From NCBI GenBank assembly GCA_000388065.2, contig KB932201.1: a stretch of 30,996 nt of DNA; one strand, written 5' to 3'. The translations under genes were made by a program, and so were the position numbers. The stretch is from Fonticula alba ATCC 38817. Lineage: Eukaryota > Protista > Nucleariida. Each line of letters begins with the position of its first letter. Position 1 is the stretch's first letter. Below are positions 12,174 through 22,824 of this stretch, piece after piece. Under the pieces are notes generated by a model that saw only the letters and a program-made list of their open reading frames with translations, was not told where the DNA came from and made no database searches.

Positions 12174-13023
12174 NNNNNNNNNNNNNNNNNNNNNNNNNNN
12201 NNNNNNNNNNNNNNNNNNNNNNNNNNNNNNNNNNNNNNNNNNNNNNNNNNNNNNNNNNNNNNNNNNNNNNNNNNNNNNNNNNNNNNNNNNNNNNNNNNNN
12301 NNNNNNNNNNNNNNNNNNNNNNNNNNNNNNNNNNNNNNNNNNNNNNNNNNNNNNNNNNNNNNNNNNNNNNNNNNNNNNNNNNNNNNNNNNNNNNNNNNNN
12401 NNNNNNNNNNNNNNNNNNNNNNNNNNNNNNNNNNNNNNNNNNNNNNNNNNNNNNNNNNNNNNNNNNNNNNNNNNNNNNNNNNNNNNNNNNNNNNNNNNNN
12501 NNNNNNNNNNNNNNNNNNNNNNNNNNNNNNNNNNNNNNNNNNNNNNNNNNNNNNNNNNNNNNNNNNNNNNNNNNNNNNNNNNNNNNNNNNNNNNNNNNNN
12601 NNNNNNNNNNNNNNNNNNNNNNNNNNNNNNNNNNNNNNNNNNNNNNNNNNNNNNNNNNNNNNNNNNNNNNNNNNNNNNNNNNNNNNNNNNNNNNNNNNNN
12701 NNNNNNNNNNNNNNNNNNNNNNNNNNNNNNNNNNNNNNNNNNNNNNNNNNNNNNNNNNNNNNNNNNNNNNNNNNNNNNNNNNNNNNNNNNNNNNNNNNNN
12801 NNNNNNNNNNNNNNNNNNNNNNNNNNNNNNNNNNNNNNNNNNNNNNNNNNNNNNNNNNNNNNNNNNNNNNNNNNNNNNNNNNNNNNNNNNNNNNNNNNNN
12901 NNNNNNNNNNNNNNNNNNNNNNNNNNNNNNNNNNNNNNNNNNNNNNNNNNNNNNNNNNNNNNNNNNNNNNNNNNNNNNNNNNNNNNNNNNNNNNNNNNNN
13001 NNNNNNNNNNNNNNNNNNNNNNN
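12174..13023. other. Assembly gap (850 N). Other gaps: 1099-1404, 11467-11476, 15390-15773, 18192-18201, 18774-18783, 20451-20460, 27104-27113, 29874-30073
   Basis: Runs of N read directly. Confidence 0.99.
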
Positions 13024-13867
13024 GGGGAGGAATGGCGCGGCCGGAGGGGGCAACCGCACGCGGCGGTTTGCATTCGCCCGCCGCCCGGACGGGGAGCACC
13101 GGCGCTTCTTTGCCGGCCACGCCCCGGGTGCGCCGGCTCGAATGCGAAACCCGGCCAATGGGCGTGCGCCACCGGCGTGGCCCGCCCCCCCCCCCCCCCG
13201 GAAGACGCGGGCAGGGGGGGGGGGCCGGTGATGTTCACGCCACGGGCAGACACACACACACGCACACACAGACACACGGAGACGCCGGCAACACGGGCCC
13301 CGCGCGATCCGACGCGGCCCCGGCGCCGGGGAAGGGCGCATGCGTCCGAGGGCCCCGGTCACACCGGTTTTCCGGCATGGCGGTCTTAAGTCATCCCGGG
13401 GTGGGGGGCTCCCCGCCGGGGGGAGCGGCTTGCGTACCCGGGCGCGACGTCCGCCAGCCGCGGAGGCCACTGTCCCCGGGGGAACATCAACAAAAACCGG
13501 GGTGGTCCCCGCCTCGCCCGACCGTGTGGGCCCAGGGGAATTAATGCCCTCTCTCCGGGCGGGCAGCCACCATCCGCGCTCCATGATGCCAGCGTCGCCT
13601 GGGGAGATAAGGGGGCTGGCGCGGAAGGTGACGCCGACGCCGGGCGGGTTTACACATTCTCCACACGCGCCCGTGGTGGCCCTTACAAGCGGGCCACGCC
13701 CCGCCCGTCCGCCTGCCCGGCAGCCGATCCCCTGAGGGGGGAGCCGCGGGAAGGCGAAACACGGCGCCCGCCGCCCGCCCCCCCCCCTTCGCCCTCTGGT
13801 CGTGCGTTGCCCCCCGGTTCTTGGACCGCCGGCCGGAGGGGCGGCCACTCTGCTCTCCCGCCCCCGA

Positions 13868-14023
13868 GAGACCCCGCCAACCGAGAGGGGGACGCACGCG
13901 CGCGCGCCCCTCCCCGGCAATCGGTCGGGTCGTGCCTGCTCCAGGCCCCGCCTGCCCTGCCGATTGCCGGCGCCGGCGCCGGCGCGCGCGCGCGTGCGTC
14001 CCCCTCTCGGTTGGCGGGGTCTC
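13868..14023. repeat. Long inverted repeat / foldback: 40-bp perfect arms plus an 11-bp inner stem
   Basis: 13868-13907 is the exact reverse complement of 13984-14023. 13914-13924 (CCGGCAATCGG) pairs with 13960-13970 (CCGATTGCCGG). The loop is 35 nt (13925-13959). Confidence 0.9.
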
Positions 14024-17000
14024 CCGGAGGGGGGACGACCTCCCGCCAAGCCGTTTTTTTCTCCGCGCCCGGCCGTGACGCACTCACACGCGCGTGCGCG
14101 CACGCCCGCGCGCCCGCATGGGGAGCGCGTCGCCAACGTCCCCCCCTCCCTCGCGCGCGGGGTCGCCTGGCGAAATCGGGCGCGCCCAGCCCGGCCCAAA
14201 AGGGACCGCCGGTGCGCCCACATGCACGCGCCACACCCCCCGGCCGGGGCTGCACCCTGGGGGGCCGTCGGCGCGAACAAGCGACCGCCGGGATCCGCCG
14301 CACAGCCCCAAGAACGACATTCCCGCCGGCCCTTCCACGCGTTTGCCGCGGCCTCCTCCGGGGCGGGGGGCCGAGTGGGCGGGCGCCCGGCCGGCCGCGC
14401 CGCGGCCCGCACGGGGGACGCCCGCGCGTTGGCAGCTTCGCCCGGCCGGTTGGGCGCGCGAGGGGGAAAAAGTGGCCACGGTGAGACGTCCTGCCGACAC
14501 GCCTGGATGCCGAGCCCCCCCCAGGGAGAGAGAGAGAGAGAGAGAGAGGCACACACACACGCTCGTACGACGCCCGTCTGGGACGCGCCCGGGGCGCCCG
14601 AACCGGCGCCCGAGGCCACGGCAGGGCCCGAGATCCGGCGGCCCACGCCAGGGGGGGGGGGGGGCTCCCGCGCGCCGCCGGCACAGCCCCGCCCATGACT
14701 GGCGCCGATCCCGGAGGTCGACCCACCGGCAAGCCGGCGAACATCGCCATCATCCCCCCCCCCCCCCCCGGCTCCCCTCGGGGCGAAGACATCCCCGGTC
14801 GAGGCCTGCCCGGTCCCCCGTGTCCAAGGGCAGGCAATCCAGAACATTTGTCGGCCTGCCCGGCGAAGAGGAGCCCCGAGGGGCGGCCGCCCGAAAGGGC
14901 TGCCACCCTCGGCAAAAGGCAGCGCGGGGCGACCGCGACCAGCCGGGCACAGGGCCGAGAGAAACATCTGCCGAACGGCCTCCTCCCCCCCCCCCGGGGG
15001 GGGGGGGGCCGGGGGACGGGCGTTTCGCGCCGACTTTGCGTCCGCCCCCCCTGCCCTTCGCCCCCGCCCCCCCCCCCCCCCTCCCCGCCGCCCCTGGCCG
15101 GCGGCATCCTGCCCGATGGCCTCCGCGCGGTAGTTGTGCAGGCATACCGCGCGAGAGGTTGCCTCGCAGCTGGCCGCGCGGGCCGCCCCCACCTGGACCC
15201 GTGTCGTGCGCCCTCCCCACCACCAGCTGGGGGGGGGGGGGGGGCCGTCCAAAACGTGTCGCCCCTGCCTGTTGACCGGCCGGCGGGCCGCTCGCCGGCG
15301 CCCTTTTCCGTGGCCCACCAAGCCCCAGGGCGCCGGGGGGCGGTGGCGGCGGCGGCGGCGGCGACGACGGGCCTCGGCCGGGCGTGCGCNNNNNNNNNNN
15401 NNNNNNNNNNNNNNNNNNNNNNNNNNNNNNNNNNNNNNNNNNNNNNNNNNNNNNNNNNNNNNNNNNNNNNNNNNNNNNNNNNNNNNNNNNNNNNNNNNNN
15501 NNNNNNNNNNNNNNNNNNNNNNNNNNNNNNNNNNNNNNNNNNNNNNNNNNNNNNNNNNNNNNNNNNNNNNNNNNNNNNNNNNNNNNNNNNNNNNNNNNNN
15601 NNNNNNNNNNNNNNNNNNNNNNNNNNNNNNNNNNNNNNNNNNNNNNNNNNNNNNNNNNNNNNNNNNNNNNNNNNNNNNNNNNNNNNNNNNNNNNNNNNNN
15701 NNNNNNNNNNNNNNNNNNNNNNNNNNNNNNNNNNNNNNNNNNNNNNNNNNNNNNNNNNNNNNNNNNNNNNNNNCCCCCCCCCCCCCGGGGAGAGAGAAGA
15801 GGGCGGCCCCACATGTCGCCGGCGGCGTCTTGCCCTGCCGGATGCAACATCGGCACGCCCGGCCCATACCTGCGCACCCCCTGGCTGCCCCTGGGCAACA
15901 TGCGCCGCGGGCCCCCGGGACCTCGCGTTGCCAGCGCCCTGATGCCGGCCCGCGCCGGCCAACGTGCCGCCCGGATAGGGTGCGCCCTGAGCGGCGACCG
16001 GGCCCGCACGGCCAGCCGCCCTGGCCCGGCATGCCTCCGAAGTCAGGGCACCCCGGCCGATCTTCCCGTTCGCCCTGTTGTTCGGGGGACGCCCGAGCAG
16101 GGCCCCATGCGCACGAGTGTTTTCGGACAGGGGGCGGGCGAGCGGACGGGTGAGCGGCCGGGGGGAGGGGGGGGCCGGAGACAACGGCGCGTCCCGAGCC
16201 CGGGCCGGCGCCGCCCCTCCCGCGGACGGCTCCAAGAAGCCAAACAACAGCGCCGATCCCGCCAGACCCGCCATACACACACATACATGCGCACGAGTGC
16301 ACGGGCACACACGATCGTCCCCGAGGCGGCCGCGATACGCGGCCCGGATTCCGGGCCCGGTCCACCGGAGATCCCAAAGAGGGACGGCCCTTTGCTCCCC
16401 GAGGGCTGGGGCCCCGCCGCCGCCGCCGCCCGCCCGCCCGCCCGCCCACACACACACACACATACACAAACGAGATCGCCGCCCCCGGAGGCCGATCGGC
16501 GGCGGCGGCGGCCAGCACGCCGTCCGACACAGGCGAAAACACCACGCCCCCCCGGGGGCCCCCCCCCCCCCCCCCCCCCCCCGCCCCCTGCCACACTGCC
16601 GCCCCTGGCCCTTTCTCACTCGGGCGGAAGGCGGCGAAAACTTTCTCTCTCTATTTCACTTCTTCCTTGCCTCTCTCTCTCTCTCTTTCGTGCGGCTGCG
16701 CGCATGGACACGAGCGCCGGAGAGGGCAGGGAAGGGAGGCGCGCGCACAGTCCCCTCTCGTCGATGTGTGCCCGTGCGCGCGTGTGGATCGACAACAGAG
16801 GCAGGAAGAGGAGCAGGAGGAAGAAGAAGGGGGGGGGATGGGAATACAAGGGGCCTATGAACCGAGAAGGCGCTGCTCCGCGCCGTCCTCGAGAGTCCGG
16901 GGGAAGAGACGGAGGGGGAACAGAGGGCATGGGAGAAGGGGAGAGAGCGAGCAAGCCAGGGAACAGGGAGGGAGGGAGGGCCGCAGGCCGGCCCCTGCAC

Positions 17001-17465
17001 ATGTGTGGGGCGGGGGACGAGGAGCAGAGGGAAGCCCCGGCACAGCAGGCGCACACCGCCAACGGGGCTCACACTCAGACCCGCGCGCGGCGCCCCTGGC
17101 CAGTGTGCGCCCTCCTTCCCCCCGTCCCATGAAACAGGGGAGGCGGCCGGCAGGGGGGTGCGCGCGCACCCGAGCCCCACGCACACGGGACAGGGGGAGG
17201 GCATAATAGCGGGAAAAAGAAAGAAACCGAAAGGAGGCTAGTAGAAGGGCGAGACACGGGAGGGATGGTCGCACGGACACACACACACACACACACACAC
17301 ATGCAAACACCCCTCGGGCGTGGCGCTGCTGCGACCTTGGTCGGCTGAGTTTTGCCCGGTGTTCCCCCTCCGCACCGGGGTCCCCTCTCTTTCTCTCTCT
17401 CTCTCTTTCTCTCGGGCTCGCTCTCTCGCTGCTCATGCGGCGGACAGCATCTCCCTCACTCGCCC

Positions 17466-19839
17466 TTACGCCGTGGTGTAGCCATCACCCCGGGGGAGGG
17501 CGCTGAACTGGTGGTACACCTCCGTCAGGTAGGTGATCATGGAGAACTCGTCCCCACCGGCGGCCAGGTCATCGGCGTCGATGAGCGGGCGAATGCCATG
17601 GGTCCGGGCCGCGTCGAAGGCCAGCTGGATGCGCTCGACATTCGAGGCACAGGCCTTCACCTTGCTCCAGGGCAGCAGATCCGGCCGGTACCGGTGCACC
17701 ACCGCACACAGGGCCATGCCATCGGTCCAGGAGTTGGAGAAGTCCTCGATGCCCCCGGCCAGGGGGTACCCATCGGCCGCCTGGCGCGACCAGGCCATCA
17801 GGGCCTGGCGGCCGGACAGCTTGGTCCCGGGAGCCGGCCCGGAGGAAGTCCCGGCCGACGACACGCCCAGGATCGACATGGCCTGGTCCAGGGACGACGA
17901 CCCGCTGGCCGAGGCGGCGGCGGCGGCGGTGGGCTTGGCCGCGCCGAGGGCCGGCGACGCCTCAGCCGCGCCGGAGGCCGCGCGCGCGGCGGCCAGCTCC
18001 TCCAGACGCTTGTTCGCCTGGCGAGTGTGCGTCGTGCACATGAGGCGGTCCGGGGCGCCGGCGGTCTCGGCCGGCACCCGACCGAAGGTCGAGGCCATCA
18101 GCGGCCGGCTGCAGGTGGCACACTTGAAACAGCCATTCTGTCGGACGGGCCCCGCACGCGGGAGAAGAGAGAGAGAGAGAGGGGGGGGGGGNNNNNNNNN
18201 NCCCCCCCGGCCCTCCCGCGATCCCCGGAAGGGCAAGATAGTCCAGGTCCCGCAGGGCGATTATCGTGGCCCCGCGCCATCGGTAAAGGGCCGCACGCCG
18301 GACCGGCGCGCACGGCCGCGGCTGATTACGCGCCGCCCGGGCCCTCAGCTGAGCTCGCATCCGCCAGGCGACCCGGGGAGAAATCCAGCCACCCGAGCCC
18401 GGGGCCGGGCGGGCGAGGGGGGCGAGACAAAGTCGGCCCCGGCATGTTGGGGCTTTTGCGCGGGGCCCCCGGGCGCCCGAGACCCGCCCGCCCGCCCTGG
18501 GACGGAGCCACAAAAGTGGACAGGCGCGCCGGGTCCAGAGCCGCGCGCGCGACTTTCTCGTCCCCTCCGCCGGTCGGCCCCTGGGGGAGAGGAGCCATGA
18601 CGCGCCGGCGTGCCGGCCCCGCCGCACGCACATCGCACATCGCAACGCCCCAGGAGAGCACCCCCGGCCGGGGGCATCTGCCGGCCAGGCGCGCCTCCTT
18701 TGCGGCCGGCCGGCCGCCGACGCCCGAAGCCCGGGTCTTTGGGGCGAGGCGGCCGCCCCGCCCCCCCCCCCCCNNNNNNNNNNGGGGGGGGGGGCACAGG
18801 GCCAGGCGCCAAGAAGGAGGAGAAGAAATGCAGGGCAAGGGCGTGAGTCCAAGAGCAGGGGAAAAGAGAAGGAGAGCAACAGAGAAACAGGAAGACGGAG
18901 GCAGAGGCGGCCCCCTGGCGACACGCACGCGATGCACAATGATCTCCTCATTAACTTGCAGGCGATCCGAGATGAAAACCTTCTTCTGGCACACGAAGCA
19001 GGGCACGGTGCCAGTGAGCGGCTTCCCGGGGCTGGCCACCGGGGCGGCCGCCAGCGGCGTCGGAGTCCCGAGGGAAGTGACCAGCGGGCTGCTCGGGGTC
19101 GAGGACCCGCCGGTGGTGGTGGTGGTGGTGGTGTCGGTGCTGCTCCAGCGAGAGCTGGCCCGCGCGGTGCTGCCCCCGGACGACGACGAGCCGAGGGAAC
19201 TGGTGCTCGGCGACCGGGACGCACCCGGCGAGGAGGAGGCGCTGCTGCTGGTGCTGCTGGTGCCGCTGCGCAGGCGCGACGGGTCCAGCGAGTCCGAGAA
19301 GGCGCCACCCGCGGACATGCCCGGGCTGCTCGGGGCCACGAAAGAGCGCCCGGTGATGGCGCTGCCACCGGTGAACCCGCTCCGGGCCAAGATGTACCCG
19401 GAGGACCCGGTGGAGGCCTGCTGCTGCTGGCGACGCTTGCGGCGCTCCTCGCGCTCGCGCTCGATCTCCTGCCGCAGGCGGGCCTCCTCGTCCTCGGGCA
19501 TGGACCCTGGGGCCGGGCTCGCCGGGGCTGGCGACTCGAGCGTGCGCTCAGTATCAACCATTGGGGATGCGGGCTCGGGCTCAGGCTCGGGCTCGACCTC
19601 GGGCTCGGGCTCAACCTCGGGCTCAGGCTCGGGCTCAACCTCGGGCTCAGGCTCGGGCTCAGACTCGACCTCGACCTCGACCTCGGGCTCGACCTCGGGC
19701 TCAGGCTCGGGCTCAGGCTCAGGCTCAACCTCAGGCTCGGGCTCGGGCTCGGGCTCAACCTCAGGCTCAGTCACCTCGGGAACAGAGGCGACGACGGGGG
19801 ACGCAGGATCGGAGGCCAGGGGCGAGGCAGGGACGGAGG
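17466..19839 (-). CDS. LIM and calponin-homology domain cytoskeletal adaptor (MICAL-like/smoothelin-type CH) with an N-terminal EP repeat; exons 19839-18929 and 18137-17466, 5' end unresolved
   Basis: The phase-0 intron 18928-18138 (GTGCGT...ACAG) joins [24 protein letters not shown]|NGCFKCATC...LMCTTH into a complete LIM domain. The C-terminal CH domain is ALMAWSRQ...[26 protein letters not shown]...IQLAFDAA...[11 protein letters not shown]...[12 protein letters not shown], with stop TAA at 17468-17466. There is a candidate acceptor at 19842-19840 (TAG). The first in-frame ATG in this exon is 19561. A possible upstream mini-exon is 19964-19949 (weak donor GTCTCA). Confidence 0.85.
19571..19777 (-). 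repeat. Coding hexamer tandem repeat (GAGCCC/GAGCCT/GAGGTC/GAGGTT) encoding (EP)n with interspersed EV
   Basis: Read directly. The translation is [16 protein letters not shown]..., and variation falls mostly at third codon positions, consistent with coding use. Confidence 0.9.
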
Positions 19840-20237
19840 CTATTGGCCAGGAAGGGCGAGACGGGGCGCGGAAGATCGCGGACACAGAGGGCGGGGGGAA
19901 AAGAGCGAAGAGGACGCGAGGGGGAAGAAAAAAAAAGCAAGGTGAGACTATGGCGGGAAGACATCGAACGGCACAAGGCCAGGCCCAAATAAATAGGCAA
20001 ACAATTAAAGAAAAGAGAGAGAGGGGGGGAGAGGTCGGAAGAAGGGGCCGGGAGAATTAACACCCAGAGGCCCAGGCTGCTCGCGACCCCCAGCTCCCTG
20101 CCTCACGGAAGGAGGGGAGGGGGGCAGCGAGGACAGGGGACCAAGGCACAGGGCGAATATCCGCCACTCTGGCCCTCGCGACAAATGACACACAGCACAG
20201 AGAGGAGGAAGGGGCCCCGGAGGAGGGAGGACAGAGG

Positions 20238-20238
<1 letters not shown>

Positions 20239-20271
<33 letters not shown>
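20239..20271. repeat. Poly-G tract (about 33 nt)
   Basis: Homopolymer run. Most N-gaps in this window abut G or C runs. Confidence 0.9.
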
Positions 20272-20273
<2 letters not shown>

Positions 20274-20355
20274 CAACCAAGGCGGGCTCGCTAGACAGGT
20301 ATCGACAACATGGGGCGGCATGCCTCGGCCGCCACCGATCGGGGGACGGTTGGCA

Positions 20356-20450
20356 GTCCAAAGGCACGGGCATGCGAGCACCCTCCCAGGGGGGGGGGCC
20401 GACATGCCCCTCCCCGAGGGAGCGCGCGAACGCAAGACACACAGACAGCC
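20356..20450 (+). repeat. 95-bp dispersed duplicate, copy 1 (identical to 30074-30168)
   Basis: GTCCAAAGGCACGGGCATGCGAGC...CAAGACACACAGACAGCC matches base for base, including the G10 run. This copy ends at a 10-N gap. Confidence 0.9.
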
Positions 20451-20942
20451 NNNNNNNNNNGTACACGCGCTCGCGGCCCGTCCCTCTCCCCCCCCCCCCC
20501 CCCCCTCGTCTCTTCTGCTCCTCTTCTCCCTCTCCCATGTTAGAAACTTCAGGCGCTATTTTCCGCAAAGCCCCCTCCCCTCCCCAATATGATACAATAT
20601 ACTCTAGAAAATATATGGATCGGTGAGTGTCTGCACACGTCCGCCGGGGCGCGTCTGTTCGCGCCACCAGGCAGACAGGAGGGGCATGTGTTTGTGTTTG
20701 TGCGAGAGAGAGAGAGGGAGGGAGAGTGAGCCTGTGCATATACGCTCGAGTGTATGCATACACATCCGCGTCACCGATGGATATCCATGTCGGCATCTGT
20801 ATGCATCAAGGGGGGGGGGGATGGTTGAGGGGATTCCGATCGCACCCGGCGGGGAGAGAGAGGGAGAGAGAGAGAGAAGGGGGGGGGGGGGCGGCCCTGG
20901 TGCCAGGCTGGCCAACAGCAGCCCACACTCATGCTCGGCCCT

Positions 20943-22824
20943 CTACATGGAGCAGCGATGTGCCTGCTCACGAGCAAAGTCAATGTCGAAGGGAACCAAA
21001 ACACTGATGCTCGGGCCTCCAATCGTGTCCCCGGGCCGGGGGGATTTCTTGCCGAGGAGCTCGGCCAAGCGGATATCCGCCTCGGAGGCCGGAGCCTGGG
21101 GCATGGTCTCGACAAAGTGCCACCAGAAAGCCGGCGTGTAGATGGCATCGCCCGGAGCCACACGGGCCACAAAGCGCTGGACCTCCTCCAGGCGCCGGTA
21201 CTCGGCCCGAGCTGGCGGGTCAGCTGCCAGCCAGCGATCCAACGGGGCCTGCCTGTGGGGATTGATGCGAGGGGGGGGGGGGGGGGGGGGGGAGGGGGGG
21301 GGGGGGAATGTGGACATGCAGGGAGGAAGGTGGACGGGGGGTGAGACAGGCGAAGGCAGATGCCGAGAGAAAAAAAGAGAAGAGGACGGGGCGACAATCG
21401 GCCGGAGAGGTGCCCAACACAGTATTTCCACGCACGAGGAGTGTCGATTCGGGTCCAGCGGGCTGGCAGGGTAGAGGTTCTGATAGTCATCCGGATTGAA
21501 GACACTCCAGTGCTTGTCGCCGACGATCTGGAGAGGCGAAGTGAGCGGGCGTGTCAGTGGCGGGCTTCCGGCAATCCGGGACCAGGGGCCAGTCCCCCCC
21601 CCCGCCCCCCGCTTACACACGAGAGCGGGAAGGTGGGAATGGAGGGAGGCGGGAGGGAGGAGGCCGTCAGCCAGGGGAGGGACACGTACCTGAATGAGGA
21701 ACCCATGGCAGAGGTCAAAATGCAACGGAGTGATGTTGCCCCCGCAGCTGATCCAGATGCCGCAGTTCTCCATCTTGATGGCTTTGGCCAGCGGGAGCAG
21801 CCAGGAAGGCAGGACGGAAAAGTGACCGTCAGCATGTGCCAGCCAAGTGGGGCATGGCCAGGGACAAGAGGAGAGGGGATTGGTGGAAGGGGGAGAGAGG
21901 GGACGGGAAAAAAAAAGGCAGAGCAACAGCGCACGCGTATCAATCACTTCCTGCGGCAGGTCCAGGTCCCGGGCGAAAGCCTCCTCCAGCGGCAGGCGAG
22001 CGTAAATCCGGGGGAGGGCCTCGCGCACCCGGGCGGCTTCCGGGGTTTCGCCCGGCGTGCCGAAGATCCGATCCACCACCTTGCCATAGGGCCAGGTTTC
22101 CTGGACGCAGAGGGCCTTCTTGAAGAAGAGCCGGTTGTCCTTGGATACCAGGACTTCCACCGGCGTGTCCTCCGGCAGAAGAGCTCGAAGGTAAACCGGG
22201 TCGCGCCACTGGCCACGAGGAGGAGTCACGGTTGGCCGGGGCAGAGCGGCACACGGGCACACCGGAGGGAGGTCCCCAAGTCAGCGAAAGGCGCGAAAGA
22301 AGAAGAGGCAGGATGAGTGGCCGAAAGCAAGAGCAGCCAGCTGGCGAGCTGGCGAATTGGCGCCCCGACGGGCATGGGAGTCGATGGGCCGGCGCACCCT
22401 TTCGACGGCCACTGAGGCATCTACGAGTCCCGACCAGATGAAGGGCCTCCGATGGCGGTATGCCTGCTCGAAGAGTGCTCGGTCCAGGGCCGGGCCATCG
22501 GCCGGGCTCCGGGGGTGGCGAATGGTTGCCATGCCCTTCAACGCGAGGCACTGGGGATTGGGGACCGAAAAGCCGTGGTCTGCGAGGGCCAGGGTCAGCA
22601 AAAGGCCGGGCAGGGGACCAGGAGGCGGAAGTGCCGCATGAAGAGACACCCGCAGGGAGAGCGGCCCATGTTGACGCACCGATGACCGGCAGGCCGGGGA
22701 CCTCGATGCCGGGCGGGGCAGGCAGCCGGTCGGCATCGTCCACCAGGGGGGCCTTGTCCGTGGCCTTCGAGGAACCGGCGCCGACGGAGGAGAAAATAAA
22801 GTCGAGAATGTCTTCAGACTCCAT
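20943..22824 (-). CDS. JmjC / cupin_8 family 2-oxoglutarate-Fe(II) oxygenase (FIH/JMJD5/JMJD7-like), 364 aa; exons 22824-22680, 22579-22398, 22208-21935, 21781-21690, 21527-21436, 21252-20943
   Basis: Five GT-AG introns with consistent phases (1,0,1,0,2) give 1095 nt in total. Motifs: RPFIWSGLV..AVERW..YL (JmjC N-terminal part), IWISCGGNITPLHFD (HxD), QIVGDKHW (2OG Lys), PGDAIYTPAFWWHFVE (distal His). Confidence 0.9.

Noticed and set aside
16230-16285. Minus-strand YGGSGGIGAVV resembling an SDR/Rossmann TGGSGGIG loop
   Set aside because: Flanked by (GT)n-derived CVCV sequence, with no acceptor and no continuing fold; likely chance in GC-rich DNA.
10935-17132. Very long ORFs (869, 1658, 978, 582 aa) in the central interval
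   Set aside because: They are kept open by N-runs and extreme GC content, with R/G/P/A-only composition and no motif or splice support.
17352-20060. 902-aa + strand ORF with GSGSGSTS repeats
   Set aside because: Antisense read of the EP repeat and LIM-CH exons; it also crosses two N-gaps.
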